Translations under genes and position numbers: made by a program | NCBI RefSeq assembly: GCF_022539665.2 | Contig: NC_081331.1 | Span: 8,060,001 to 8,124,000 of the forward strand | Reading direction: 5' to 3' | From: Daphnia carinata | Lineage: Eukaryota | Length of the DNA stretch: 64,000 nt | The notes under the pieces: model-generated | Seen by the model: only the letters and a program-made list of their open reading frames with translations | Database searches by the model: none | Told to the model about the DNA's origin: nothing | Shown here: piece by piece, positions 22,336 through 35,548 of the stretch | How the letters are laid out: each line of letters opens with the position of its first letter | Position numbering within the stretch: position 1 is the stretch's first letter

Positions 22336-23858
22336 AAAATTTTATCAAAATAAATATTTCCCGAAATTAAGCGAGTAACGTTTTTAGAACTATTACACTG
22401 AACGACCAAAGTATTATTAATCGTAATAATTGCGTTGTCCGCCAAGCTCAATAGTTAAAAATAATTAGATCTTGTTTTATTATTTGCTGTCCTCGTTCCA
22501 AAATGAGTATTTTCCTGCCATGTATATATGCATTAACTAGTCGTTCCATACGAATGTGGTATATAAATGAAATGTTGAATACAGCTATTATGTCGTTATT
22601 CAATCCGTGCTTGTTTCTATTCTTTATTACATATGAAGATGGATGAAGACGATTTCATTTAGTGTTTGTACAACATCGTAATTGCTGAACACAATTATGC
22701 ATTAGGATATTTGTGGGGGATATATCATGGTTATTCACAAAATAGCAATGAGTTTATTTATACAGTCGCATAGCACAAATCTCATTTATTCATTGCGTTA
22801 GTCCATTGGCATTGTTAAGTTGTTGTGGTTAAAACCCATTATGTTTCGCTTTTTAATTAAATAGCAGAATGAAATGTAAAGTTTTCTTTAGTTTGCACCT
22901 GCACAGCTAATGGCTCTTTCCTAATTTCACCCTGAGATTTCTGTGTTAAGGAATGGTTATTAATTATTGGGAAAATAGCCAAAAAGGTTGCGCTAAGCAC
23001 TTGATTGACATACTATTCGTAACCTCCAGACCTGCCAGAATGGACTGAATCATGTTGTTCATCATCATTATGTTCATCATCACAAAACATGTTGCTGACG
23101 TTATCGTGTATTTTCCGTCATAAAACAACTCCCATTTAAATTCGGCGAAACTATTGTACAATGTAATAAATGAGCTGTATCAAGAAAATGGTGATAAATA
23201 ACATCCAATGTAATTATAAAACAAAAAACTTAAGAAAAGTTTTAAAATTTTCAATTATTATTTCTCGCTCACGAATTAGGGTGCGGCATCACGCACCGTT
23301 AATGGTATGCAAGAATACTCCGTATCACCTGGCGGCCAACATTGAAGCTAATGTGTTCACGCATTGGCTGGGTATTATTGTAGTTGTGAGGTGAAAATAG
23401 AAGTTAAATTCGTAAAGCCGTTGTAAGATCGTAATTACTTATTTTTGGCATTTGTTGTTAATCCTGCAATTCCAATGTTGACATCGCGTTGTCATCCCAG
23501 GACATCAATTTTCCCCTACCAACTAATGAAAATGAAGACAAAAGAGCGGTTGTGGGATCAGTTGAAAATACTCTTGTTTTCACCGACTGCGTGGATTTAA
23601 ATCGCAACCGCCAACGGCCAAAAGGGAAGAGAATGTCACCAGGTACGCGACAACGTCATTAAAGGTGGGGTAAGAATGTTATATCTCATTTGTTTATACG
23701 CCACAGGCTAGTGGCGTGCATTAGGGGGGAACAAAAAGCTCGTATAAAAAGAAGGCAAAACACATTTGAAATTATTCGAGTCGGCTCGTCGAACAGCAAT
23801 GGTAGTAAATCGAGCGTCGCACATCCGTTCTCTATCAAGACAACATTATCTTACGATC

Positions 23859-24816
23859 ATGGGTAAGTATCACGTTTTCAAGATTAATAACGTATTTTGT
23901 TAATGAATTTGTAGTAGATGAGTTCAATAAGTTTTGACGTTTTCTCAAACTAATTGCATTATTTTGATAATGTTTTATGTTTGAATTTATCTTTAAAGTG
24001 CATTCTGTTTTAATTTGTAGCTAACTATGCACAATGCTTCTGTTGGCTGTTTCTTTGATGGCTGGACAGGCCATGGCTGGGGCGATGGGTTCTGCTTCAT
24101 CCGGGTACTACACCGCTCCAGCATCCTACTACACCACCAAGGCTCCCGAGTAGTACACCACCAAGAAGGCCGAACATTATACCACAACGTACGCTATTCC
24201 TAGCTACTACACTGAGCCCCCCGAATACTACACAACGAAGGCACCGGAGTATTACACAACGACATACGCTGCAACGAGCTACTACACCGAAGCAACCAAG
24301 TACTATGCCGTCGCCAGCTACACTACCACTACCGCTGTCTACTACTGCACAACAGAAGCAGCCAAGTACTACGTAGCTCCGACTTACTACCCTGAAGCTG
24401 TCCGGTCTTACTACAGTGAGCCGACATACTACATTGAGGATCCACGCTATTATTCTGCTCCGTCTTACTATACCACTGCTGCTCCTTCTTCCTACATCGA
24501 GCCAAGATACTACACAACAACCTATGCCACCCCAGCTTATTATCCGGAAGCTCCAAAATACTATTCGACTCCAAGCTACTACACTGAAGCCCCCGTTTAC
24601 TTCACTACGACTTACTCGGCCCCCGAGTACTACACCACATCACAAGCCACTCCCAGTTACTACACCGAGGCTTCTAAGTATTATTCCGCTCCAAGCTTCA
24701 GCGCCAAGGCGCCCGAGTATTACACCACTACGTCTGCCTCTCCTGGCTACTACACCGCACCTCAAAAATATTATTCCGCTTCTAGCTACCAAAACTGAAG
24801 CTCCGGAGTACTATTA
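23859..24816 (+). pseudogene. Tyr/Thr-repeat secreted protein, copy 4
   Basis: TATAAAA at ~23743, ATG G|GTAAGT micro-exon, signal-peptide exon from 24021 homologous to copy 1, frameshift and premature TAG at ~24151. Confidence 0.75.
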
Positions 24817-25376
24817 AGGGCCCCTAAGATTTTAATAGGTGAATTGAAAAATCATTGCTTCGTTTTTATTTTATAGTTACACGGTAAACGTTATTTCAAA
24901 CCACTATCTTGTGTTTGTGTTATTTTTCAGTGGAAAGTGGTACTAGACAAGTTGTCTAATTAATTATATTTTCCGTTAAAACAACTCGTTCACCCAATGA
25001 AATTTCACATCGTATCGTTTGACATTGAAATTTCTTTAAATTAATTTTAATCTGTAAATGTTTAATCAATTTCAAGTGTTTCAAACTTGGAAACACATTG
25101 TATTAAGGTAGACAGTTTGTCTTGTAGGTTTGCGGATGATCTATTCTTATTTCCAGCTTGCTGATATCACGCTGTTTGCAACAAATCACCAAAGGAAAGG
25201 GTAAAATATTTAAAGCTAGTGACATTCGATTATCAACATCAACCATCTTTAATTGCAAAACAGACATTTAAATGATAATTCGGAATTTATCTTCAAAGGA
25301 TTGCAGCCGAGGCGTTTTCACGATTATCTCGCTGATAAAGTTACGCGCTATTTTGCGCGCACGCACTGATATGCTG

Positions 25377-25606
25377 CCACGACGATCCTCGTTGGGCCTT
25401 TTCAGTCCTTTGGCCGGCCAATCTAGATACATAAAATACAAAAAAACACAGTTAGTACGCTTTAGTTTATCACTGATACCTTTGGCGACGATGGCGACGA
25501 TCCCACGACGATCCTCGTTGGCCCTTTTCGGTCCTTTGGCCGGCCAATCTAGATACATAAAATACAAAAAATCACAGTTAGTACACTTTAACTTATCACT
25601 GATACC
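25377..25606 (+). repeat. Two-copy direct repeat, ~104-bp unit with 126-bp period
   Basis: CCACGACGATCCTCGTTGG...TTATCACTGATACCT at 25377 and 25503. Confidence 0.85.
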
Positions 25607-28600
25607 TGTTTTTGGTGTCACCGTTCCTCGGTGTCCTGCGGTCTACAGTGACGTGTCCACAGTGACGTGTCCACAGTCCCATGTTACGATGATTGTGCCT
25701 TCATCGTCATTTTTTCCTAATCTATCTTATGCGACTAGACTATACACCCGTGCGAAGGCAAAACCCGGTGCTTATATGAGGCTTTCGTTGTGTGAGCGTG
25801 ACTGAGAAGGCGTGAAACACTACACAAAACACCCGGAGAGATCTATCTACTGTTTATGTTCGTTCCCGATTTATTTATTCATGACTAATATCACTTCCGA
25901 TGGAATCTGGCACTAGGTTAGTTGTTTGATAAATGTTGCCGCTTTCGCGTATTATAATCAATTTTTATTCTCAAAGATCAGCGTATTACACAACGACGTA
26001 GATCGAACACATTGAAGTTTGTTTCTGCAGTTTTCGTTCTATTAGTCAGCCTTCTGTGCACCGTATTTGTTCGCACAGTAGCTTTTCACAGAACAGCGCA
26101 ACATTTCCTTACGTATCTTGGCCGTTCGGTAACGTAGGTCCCATCTCCGTCGTAAGCGATGTGGATAATATCCTGCGTTTATCATAACGCCGACGGTCAT
26201 CGATGCAATGCGGAGGGTAAACTAAATAGAAGAGGAAACAATAGCAGTGCAAGCACATTTCCCTAGATTTTTTTTGTTAAATTTTACTTTTAGAATTCGT
26301 TACCTTGCCTTAGCATATTGAGAGATACGTATCTAGACTTTCGAAAGCACGTTGTATTTTTATTTGATTTTTTTTTTGTTTTTTGTTTGACTCATTTAAA
26401 CAACAGTTGATGAACCATTGCTAATAAAACAGGTGATCCAATCTAAAGCAACTCGGAGCCAAGGTTCCGTCTACGTACTACCCACCTAATTACGCCTTTC
26501 GACAAGTACTAAGGTTCAACGAACACGGATTTATGGAATGTATGTGAATAATAATGCTCAAAGACGTACGCCGAAATGTGAGATAATAGGAGGCGACTTT
26601 AGATAGGGGTAAATTTGACTAGTTATGATGGGGGAAAAAACATCCGCACTTTGCCGTCATAGACTAGGACTCTAACGTACTGTATGACTGCACATTTTGC
26701 GAGAATCAGTAAACGGGTGTGCAATCACATCTAAAGACTGATCAATAAAACAGTTCCAAATACCAAATACTCAACTACTCTAAAGCTAGGAAAGCTCAGA
26801 TGATGCGTGATACAATAATCAAATAGTAGCTTTAATAGTAACGATAATAAGGATTAGAAAGTACGTAAAGGATCCAATAGAAAAACTGGGAGTAGACGTA
26901 GCGCGCCGAGGCAGGACCACGAATTCCGTCGATAACGAATTTAAGGACAACAATCGGGCATCAAAAGAAGGCTACAAACACAAAAAATTTTTGAACAACG
27001 TTTGACGACATTTGTTTCCACGAGACAACCGATGTATTACGCGATTTTCTTTTTCTATTCGTCCAAAAAGCGTGAAACGTTTCAGTTGCCGTTACTCAGT
27101 TCCGTAAGGTCATTAAGGAAGCTCTCCGGAGTCAAAAGGTGAGAAGAGCCTACGAGCAAATTCCAAACACAATCAGTGATGTGCTCATTTAAAACAAAAC
27201 AAAAATAAACGTAGCAGCAAAAGGTACTAAGCGACAATGACCTCCCAGTTCTTGACGGCATTCGTAACTTCGTAAGCGGATCTCATTTGCGAATACGAGA
27301 CTCCACCCATTACAAAAACAGCATGCGAGGAACGTTCCTCACATGCTGCTGAGATTTGCCTTTATGCCAGTACCGCGCACTGGTAAGAACAAAAACAAAC
27401 AAGATACACATAATTTTTTTGCGACAACTGAATACACGAAGTGGTAACCTGGCCGGGGCATTTCGGGAGACAGGAGCAGCGGGGCGTCCAGCCAGAAATG
27501 GAAAATGTCTTTGATCCAACTTGTCTTCGATAGCATCTTCGGCGATATCTTTTAATATGGGAGTCCAACGGGACATTTGATAAGTTTGTTCTATAATGCG
27601 TTCCTTTCGAGTGATTTGATGGATTTTCTTTCGAGTGCCATAGAAATCAAAATTCGACAGTCAAAATTAAAACTGATACTTCTATTCAGTAGGAATTCTT
27701 TTTTTTACGTCGACTGCAACATTGAGACCCAACAAAGCCATGTTAATAATAATGCTACGCTCGTTAGGTGGAACTTGGGCGTGCTGAATCAGCTTGGTAA
27801 GATTTTCTTCCGAAATGCCATTCTTGGAAAGAACGTAAAGCAAAATGATTCGGATTTTATCAAAATAGCTGACTTTCGTGTCCAGAAGAATTGGCACAAT
27901 GTTCCTCGTATGATCTTTGATTTTCTCCCCTTCGGCATCTGTCCCCATGGCTAGATCCTAAATCCAAAGCATAATTGTTAATTACCAGAGGGATCGTGTA
28001 ACGATCCCGAAAGGTAATTGTAATTGTGCTAGAAATAAATGAAGAGACGACCCTAAGGGTGTAGACCCATTTATTTAGCTCTTTAAAGAAAAAAACAAAG
28101 GAACACCTATTCCTTTCCTAATGCCTGGATACGCCCCCTCTCTTCAGACTTATTTCACCAGGGCTTGTAACAACTTTAACAACATAAACAACTAAACGAA
28201 ACAATGATTATGAAATCAGAGATGGACCAGAGAAAAAACCTGACGTAATTCTGACAGGGGAAAAAACTCTGTCCGTAACGGTCATGAAAAAGGGTAACAA
28301 CAGTAGTGCCATTCAAAGATCAACTCGTTAAGAGAAGACACAACAAAAAATTGCAGTTCTTCTATAGCTGCCATCTCGCCAGGGGTTTTCTTAGCCATGA
28401 AGCTGATTTGCCGGACGTTCGATGGACTGATTCCAGTTATGACCACTGCCTCCGCTGAAACCTCTGGGCTTTCTGGCTTGGTTTACTCTATCAGAAACCA
28501 AAATATAATGAAAATACAAAAGGCTGACGGATATCAAACCACACAATAATTCTCCATAAATGAAGCCAGGGTGGGTTTGGGTGGGAGACAGACCCTTAGA

Positions 28601-28731
28601 GTCGTCTCTTCATTTATTTCTAGCACAATTACAATTACCTTTCGGGATCGTTACACGATCCCTCTGGTAATTAACAATTGTGCTGCGAAATGCCATTTCG
28701 TTAGACCCTAAGGGTGACTTTGTAGATTTGC

Positions 28732-29800
28732 TTAAATGTGAGTTTGTCCGAAGACTGATGATTCAACCGTTGCCTCCGCCGATCGGTTGTAAAATCTTCT
28801 AAACGTCGATTCGTGAGACCAGCTTCCCGCTTTTAAAATTGCATCCATTGACAATCCGTTGTTTGACGCCTTAGAAGCGGCCGCGCTTCTAGGTGAATGT
28901 GCCCCAAATACCTTCGTATTGATCCCGGCTTCCTTTAGGACGGATCTTATCCATCGACTCACCGTGTTGGGTGACACTGGTTTGTGCGGAGCAATGACTG
29001 CTATAACCAGCCTATCACTGTTGTGTTCCGCTCGAAAACTACTAGTGCGCTCCTTGTATGACTCCAACGTCCTAACCGGACATACCTTTTGATCTGGACA
29101 AGCTGTTAAAGAGAATGTTTGCAATGGACCGCTTCTCTGAGCTTTCCTCGGCGCCCCCAACGCGATTTTTACGCTATTTGAACCGAATACTAACGAACTG
29201 TATTCAATTGCCGCAATTTCTGAGACTCGCATGAGCGTCGCTAGCGCAATCAACGTTACCATTTTGTACGCTAACAGGTATAGAGGTAACGAATCGTTTT
29301 CTCCTAACGAAGAAACAAAGGTGAGGACTTGATTAGGATCCCATGTTGCATTGTATCTCGGACGAGGCGGATTTCGATTGTAACAACCTTTGAGCAATCT
29401 TACTACTTCCGGCCGCTCGCTTATGCTCACGCCCTCCGCTGGCTTAAGAGTGCTCGACAACATCGACCTATGAAGATTAATAGAACTATACGATTTACCC
29501 GTCGCATGCAAATTTGTTAAAAATTCCAAGATGTCCGCTATAACAATGGAGAAGGGATTCGAACGCCTCCCCATACACCAATGCACCCAATTTCTCCATG
29601 CTGACTCATAAGCGGTTTGGGTGTTGGGCCTAATTCCGGCCATGAGTAAGTCGACCACCGTTGTCGAAAATCCTCGCTCAAGGTACTGTCTCCTGACAGC
29701 TTCCAGACGGCCAAGCGTAGCGCATTGTTCCAGGTAAGCGGGTGAGTTTCGTCCAGTGCTGATTTCAAAAGGGTCTGAGACGGCGCAAGAAGACGTGGGA
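28732..29800 (-). CDS. DIRS tyrosine recombinase (start uncertain; overlaps the RH/MT frame)
   Basis: SAM-like N-domain (TQTAYESAWRNWVHWC), catalytic MRVSEI, RKAQ, HSPRSA, GSW and FRRFY. Confidence 0.9.
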
Positions 29801-31746
29801 CGTCGCAGGAGAGCTCCAGCAATAACGGGAACCACGGCTGGCCTATCCAAACTGGGCAAACAAAAACCACTACAGATTTTTCCCACCTGATCTTTCCTAA
29901 GCATTTGAAAATTAAGGCGAATGGTGGGAAACAGTAAGCCAACAACCCTTTCCAATTGACTGAAAAGGCGTTTGTTGCCATTGCGCCAGGTTGCGGATGC
30001 CACGAAATTAATGATGGAAGCTGTGCGTTCCAAGGTGTTGCGAAAGCGTCAACGACTGACGGCCATAGTTCCTGAATGCACTTGAAAACGCGCGGATCCA
30101 ACTTCCAATCCCCGGCGTCAGGCCCGGCCCGTGACTCTTCATCCGCAACGATATTTAATTTACCCGCTACGTGAACCGCCTCCAACGATATGCCGCGGTT
30201 CTCGCACCAAGTTGTAAGCTGGGCAGATACGTTAGTCAGGGCCTGAGATCGAGAACCCCCGCAATGATTAATATAGGCTACAGCTGTCGAATTGTCCAAG
30301 AATACCCTAATTGAGATATTCTTAGACTGAGCAGCGAACGCCTGTACCGCAAAGAACGCTCCTAATAGTTCGAGCTCGTTAATGTGCTTTTTTATATCCG
30401 CTGGCGTCCAAGATCCTCTCGTTCTGATTTCATCACAGCATGCGCCCCAACCTGATAGCGACGCATCTGTATAAATCTCGAGATCTGGTGTGTGGGGAAA
30501 GAAAATTTTATCTTGGGTTTTGTTTAGATTAAACACCCACCATTCCAGGTCCTCACGAGCTTCCGCTAAAAATGAGCATCTAGTCTTTAAATTGAAATTG
30601 GCCGATTGCGCTTGTTTGATGTAGAACCGTTGCAATCTACGGTAATGCGCCTGAGCGTATGGAATCGCTGGGATCGCCCAGGTAAAGTTGCCCATGATAG
30701 ACGCAATCTTTCGCAAAGAAATTGACTCCGCCGCATGCGCCGCCTCACACATCTTCTTAACTGCTTTTACTTTGATGTTTGGCAAGGCGAAGGACAATCG
30801 AACCGAGTCGATTACTAGCCCCAGATTCTACGACTTGCGTAGGGACCATCACGGATTTTTCCCAATTTATTAAAAAACCCAGATGTTTTAGCAACTGGAT
30901 GGTTACGTTAAGATCCCCTAATGTGCTTTCTTCAGACACATTCAAAATTAAGATGTCATCCAAATAGATTATCAGTCTTACGCCCTTTTTTCTCAAAAAA
31001 CCCATGACAACCTTGAGAATTTTTGTAAAAATCCTTGGCGCGGAAGCCAAACCAAAGGCCAGACAGGCAAATTGCAATAAACGCCCCTTCCACTGGAACC
31101 GCAAAAACTTTTGGTGGGCAGCACAAACCGGCACCGTCAGGTAGGCGTCTTTTAAATCTAGTTGAACCATCCAATCCCCTTTTCGTAAAAGAAAACGAGC
31201 CGATTCTAGATTTTCCATCTTGAAGTGTTCGTACCGAATAAATTGATTTAAGGGCTTCAGATTAATGATAGGCCTAAACCCACCCGATTTTTTGGGAATC
31301 ACAAATAAAGAACAAAAGAACCCTTCAGACCCGTCGGTGATTTCTCTAATAGCCCGCTTTCTGACAAGATCCCTCACTTCTCTGTCACACACTGCCTCCA
31401 TCTCTTTGGACATGACAACAGGGACAGGAATTGTGCGTTGAGTAGGTGAAATGCTGAAATCGAGTTTAACGCCATGCGATAAACTATCGAGGATCCATTG
31501 ATCGTCCGTTACCACCGTCCAACGATCAGCAAAAGCTATCAACCTAGCACCCACTTGCTCTTCCGCCCGGCGTTTAGAACAAATAATAGATTGGGGATTA
31601 AAAACGTACCTCTGGCCTCCCCGTAACCAGGAACTAGCCCCAGTCGGTCGTCCTCTTTCCCCTCCAACTCGTTGCGGTGGCTGCTCCCTCGTCTTCTTCG
31701 GGCGCAAAACGAAAGGGTGCTTCGATGCTGATTGAGAATGGTCCAT
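29538..31746 (-). CDS. pol: DIRS RT / RNase H / adenine-methyltransferase-like polyprotein, one frameshift near 30830
   Basis: FRPIINLKPLN, LDLKDAY, LAFGLASAPRIFTK, YLDD, YTDASLSGWG, HINELEL, LDNSTA, VDAFA and YCFPPF. Confidence 0.9.
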
Positions 31747-33007
31747 TGACTTGGACCATGAACTTGTCTTGGTCTTGAGGTTTTAGCCAATGTTGCGTCC
31801 TGCGATGCTTCTTTAAGCATCGACTCCAGGAACTTTCCCGTAAAAAGGAGCTCTCGAGCCTCCTTTCCGGGTGCAAACGCTTCCGGGTCAGCTGCAAGAA
31901 AGTCAAAACCGGGTTCCACTAAGGCAACCACCGATCGCCTTCTCTGCCGGGTAACGTGGTGATAGGCGCGAGACCACTGCTGTAGTGCGTCCTTTACCAA
32001 ATCCTGGGCTTTTCTTTCTGATTCTCCATCACTGAGGGAAAGAATGCGGGTATAAAGGTCTATAAGTGGCGGGCCAATATCCATGATCTTGAGATGCGTC
32101 GTGACCAGCGACTCCTCCGCCGCATTGACTGCTTTTAACTTCCCTTTATCCTTTGCCCGTCTATACATGTAGCCGTCGAGTTTGGGTGGTCTTAACGAAA
32201 ATTCTTTGTCCACAAAATCAAGCGGAATCCTCTTTGAAATTGCTTTAGATTCGTTAGTTGGTACTCCTTTCGTCAACCAGCTGGAAAGAGCTTCGGTGAC
32301 CTCTTGTGGCACTACCAACGGTACAGGCTCTTTACTACCATTCGACCTTAGACTACGGGGCTCTGGGGTACGCTCCTTTGATGAACCCGGCCTCGGTGAG
32401 CTGGGTACGGCTGGCGACCTGGCCGCTTGCTGCCCTGCCAAACTCTCTGGCCTTCGATTTGCTGGGCGCCATGGCCGCTTAAAGAATCCTTGCAGACGAT
32501 CCTTATCTTCGTGGTCGTCTTCTTCGTGGTAGTCTTCTTCTTGCTCGTCGGTTCTGTTTCTATTGCCACGGTCAAAACTCTCACGACTTGGCTCACGCTC
32601 GCTGTCCTCATCCGTATATTGCCCATCCTCCACACGATTATATTCCGCACAAAAACTGTCACGGCGGGAATTATAATTCGCCGTATCACTCCAAAACCCT
32701 CGACCGGTCTCACGTGTGTAAAAATCCCGCACGTCATACCCATAGGTTGGTCTGACTCTGCCATAATCTTGGTCGTTACGATCGTAGATGGCGCGAGGTA
32801 GGGACGGTCGCGATAAAACCCACTCGGCGTTGGACGTGGGGGGGACCTTTCCCTTTCTTGATAACGTGAATCGTAGTAACTTCGGCGATCACGATAACGA
32901 GAGCGTTCTAAAAATTCTCTTTCCTGCTCCCTATTTGAAAAATTTACGGCACGTGGATCAAACCAATCGTTTCTATGCCTATCTCTGTAATTTCCAGGTG
33001 CCGACAT
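31539..33007 (-). CDS. gag: DIRS gag-like ORF1, probably starting at 33007 with a frameshift near 32800-32845
   Basis: Arg/Asp-rich N-terminus, then PKLDGYM..MDIGPPL..RRRSVV..LFTGKF; first ORF after the 5' ITR. Confidence 0.7.
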
Positions 33008-34678
33008 CCTTACTCTGTAAGAGCTAAAATAAGTCTGAAGAGAGGGGGCGTATCCAGGCATTAGGAAAAGAATAGGTGTTCCTTTGTTTTTTTCTTTAAA
33101 GAGCTAAATAAATGGGTCTACACCCTTAGGGTCTAACGAAATGGCATTTCGCAGCACAATTTATGATAGGTTCAAACAGGGAATAATTTTTCTAAACATT
33201 TCGAATATTCGAAAAAGAAATTAATTAAATTGCAAGTACCTGTTCCACTTTGCGTGACTTATCAACATTTCCTTCATAGCACTTCATGCAGTCCTCCGCA
33301 AGATGAAGATGGGTTCCATATGTGGACAACTCTTTCTGGTATTGCGGCATTTTTTTTAATCATTTGTGATAGATCTTTCATAGAAGACTTGTCGCCTGCT
33401 GGCATTCGCTTTGATTCCGTGAACTTTTTCATGTTCTTCGTAACATTTCTATGAAAAATGTTTTTTTTTAACACTTATTATTGCCGACATAAAAAAAAAT
33501 AGAAATGTTTTACGTCAAGACGACCGCTACATGCTGATGACGCAATTCAACCCACAAATCGTCATTTTCGTCAAGTAATACTTCCCTCTCCGATCCACCG
33601 GCTGTGCTTTCGTATCTGAGTCATAATAGAAATTAAAGTATGTTTTTTTGGTCCAAAAATTCATCGTGCTACGAACTTATACGTCATTTTCAATTGGAAG
33701 TAAATCGTACGCCATAGCTTGCAAAGTCATCTCGTGAAGCAGCGAAGAAACACAATCGAATCCTTGATCAAGGATAATAAGCTGGGAACGCGCTTTTTCA
33801 GGACCTAAAGAGATTCATACGATTAAAATTGAATATCTCGTTTAAGAACATGGTGAGACCCACCTTCTCCCATGGTTGGTTCGTCAGCTTTATAGGCATC
33901 GAGTTTATGTTGAACCAGTTGCGCTAGTTCAGCATTGTGACCATTAAAACTAATTGCGAAATTTAAACTAAACAAATAAACTAAACTTTATACAGCTACA
34001 GCAAAGAGAAGAGGAGAAAGCTAGGTTAATGGAAGAAAAGCAAAGGGAGGCTGCACAAATGGAACGCTAGGTCCAAGAAGAAAAGAGAAGAGATGAACTT
34101 AAACGACAAATGGAATTGGATAAAAAACAGCAATGGAAAAAAGACTTTGATGCTCAAGTTGAACGATTGAGGTATGTAGAATATTTGTGTACTCCATTAT
34201 TTTCGTCTTAGGATGTTTCCCTCACAGGGTAATGGACTTAGAGGCAAATGAAAAACGACGAGAACAGGAGAGATTGATAGCAGAAGCTGCAGGGTTGGAG
34301 GCTATTAAAGAAGAGATAAAAAAGAAAGAAGAAGAAAGAGCAAGAAAAAAACAAAACGGGTATAATATATAAATTTTTTTTTCTAAACAATTGTTTTGGA
34401 TCATATACTGTGTATTTTTAGAGAATTTTTGACCAAACAACATTTGGCAAAACTGAGACAACGTTCGAAAGAAGTGACCGCTGATCTAGAAAGAGAAATT
34501 AATTTTGTGGAAAAGCTAACGAAAGTGATCGTTCCGAAAAAAGGGAAAAAACACTTCAAGACATAATGCGATTTTTAGAACTCCTTGAAAACCATCGTCA
34601 AATTGAGAAAGAACGCTTGCAGCAAAGCGAGTTTTTATTCCAGTAATTTACGCTTCCTTTTTGTTTAGTTGTTAAGTG

Positions 34679-35515
34679 TGTAAAGCATCTTCCTTGTGGG
34701 AAGATGGACTTTACGAATTTAAGACAATAAAGAATAAAAATAATAAAATAATAAATGAATAAAAGAATGATAGAACTCAGAGGCGTTGTACCCACAATGA
34801 CGACTATATTTGTCTTAGTTAAGCATAAAAGTACAAGAGGTTTCGAATAAAAGAACAAGAGAAACATACGAAATAAAAGGGAAACTGAAAGTGTAACGGG
34901 ATAACTGTAGTGTGAGCTTACCGCAATAGCACGGGCAGAATAAGAGAGCAGATGTAAGCTGAAGACGAGTTGTAACACAACTCGTCGGCACGTTGGTAAC
35001 ACAAGTTGTAAGAATTGACTCTCACTTGGGCACGAGACCAAGATCAATTCTCAAACACAATATTGAAACAAAAGGAGGCACGAGCTGAATATGAACTTGA
35101 CCGTAAGAGTCAGATACTCGTCGGTAACTCTCTTTCTTCAGGTCTTGAGTTCATCAAGAAACTTCGCATATTGGGCAATGATAAATTGCTGCGCAATTAT
35201 TAGTCATCAATACATGGAATTGGATATGGCGAGATGATGGTGCAATAATGAGTCATACTTGTTTCCGCCAATCAAACGTGTTGTTATAAGCGGCTTTGTG
35301 CCGATGAAATATGATATAGCATAAAGCAGGTGTTTATATAGGTCAAGTTGCTGCGCATATTGATGGTGCAATATGGAAATGGCGCAGTTATAAGAATTAC
35401 GCAGTTATGGAATTGCGCAACTATATTGTGCAATTAATATGAATTAAATGGATATAATAATAAGCATACATAGACAAGAATATAAACGTATAAAGTATTT
35501 ATTGACTTCGTTACA
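34679..35515 (-). repeat. 3' LTR of element 2
   Basis: TG...CA termini; no differences from 46178-47014 seen by eye. Confidence 0.95.
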
Positions 35516-35548
35516 TCACTCTCGGCGGCGTGAGATTACGTCCCGTAA

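Larger units (their letters stand above)
27973..33161 (-). mobile_element. DIRS1-type tyrosine-recombinase retrotransposon, full length
   Basis: Inverted terminal repeats (~28050-28155 vs ~33028-33133), internal complementary region ~28601-28716, gag / RT-RH-MT / YR ORFs, and AATT at both ends. Confidence 0.95.
27095..33950 (-). pseudogene. Rop: 5'-truncated Sec1/Munc18 gene (Rop/unc-18) with a DIRS element in an intron
   Basis: Exons encode [121 protein letters not shown]; frameshifts present. Confidence 0.9.

Noticed and set aside
32348..33061. Separate extra DIRS ORF upstream of gag
   Set aside because: More simply the gag N-terminus displaced by a single frameshift.
34598..35203. ORFs within the LTRs (also 46175-46702)
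   Set aside because: Duplicated only because the LTR is duplicated; non-ATG starts and not conserved in the element 1 LTR.
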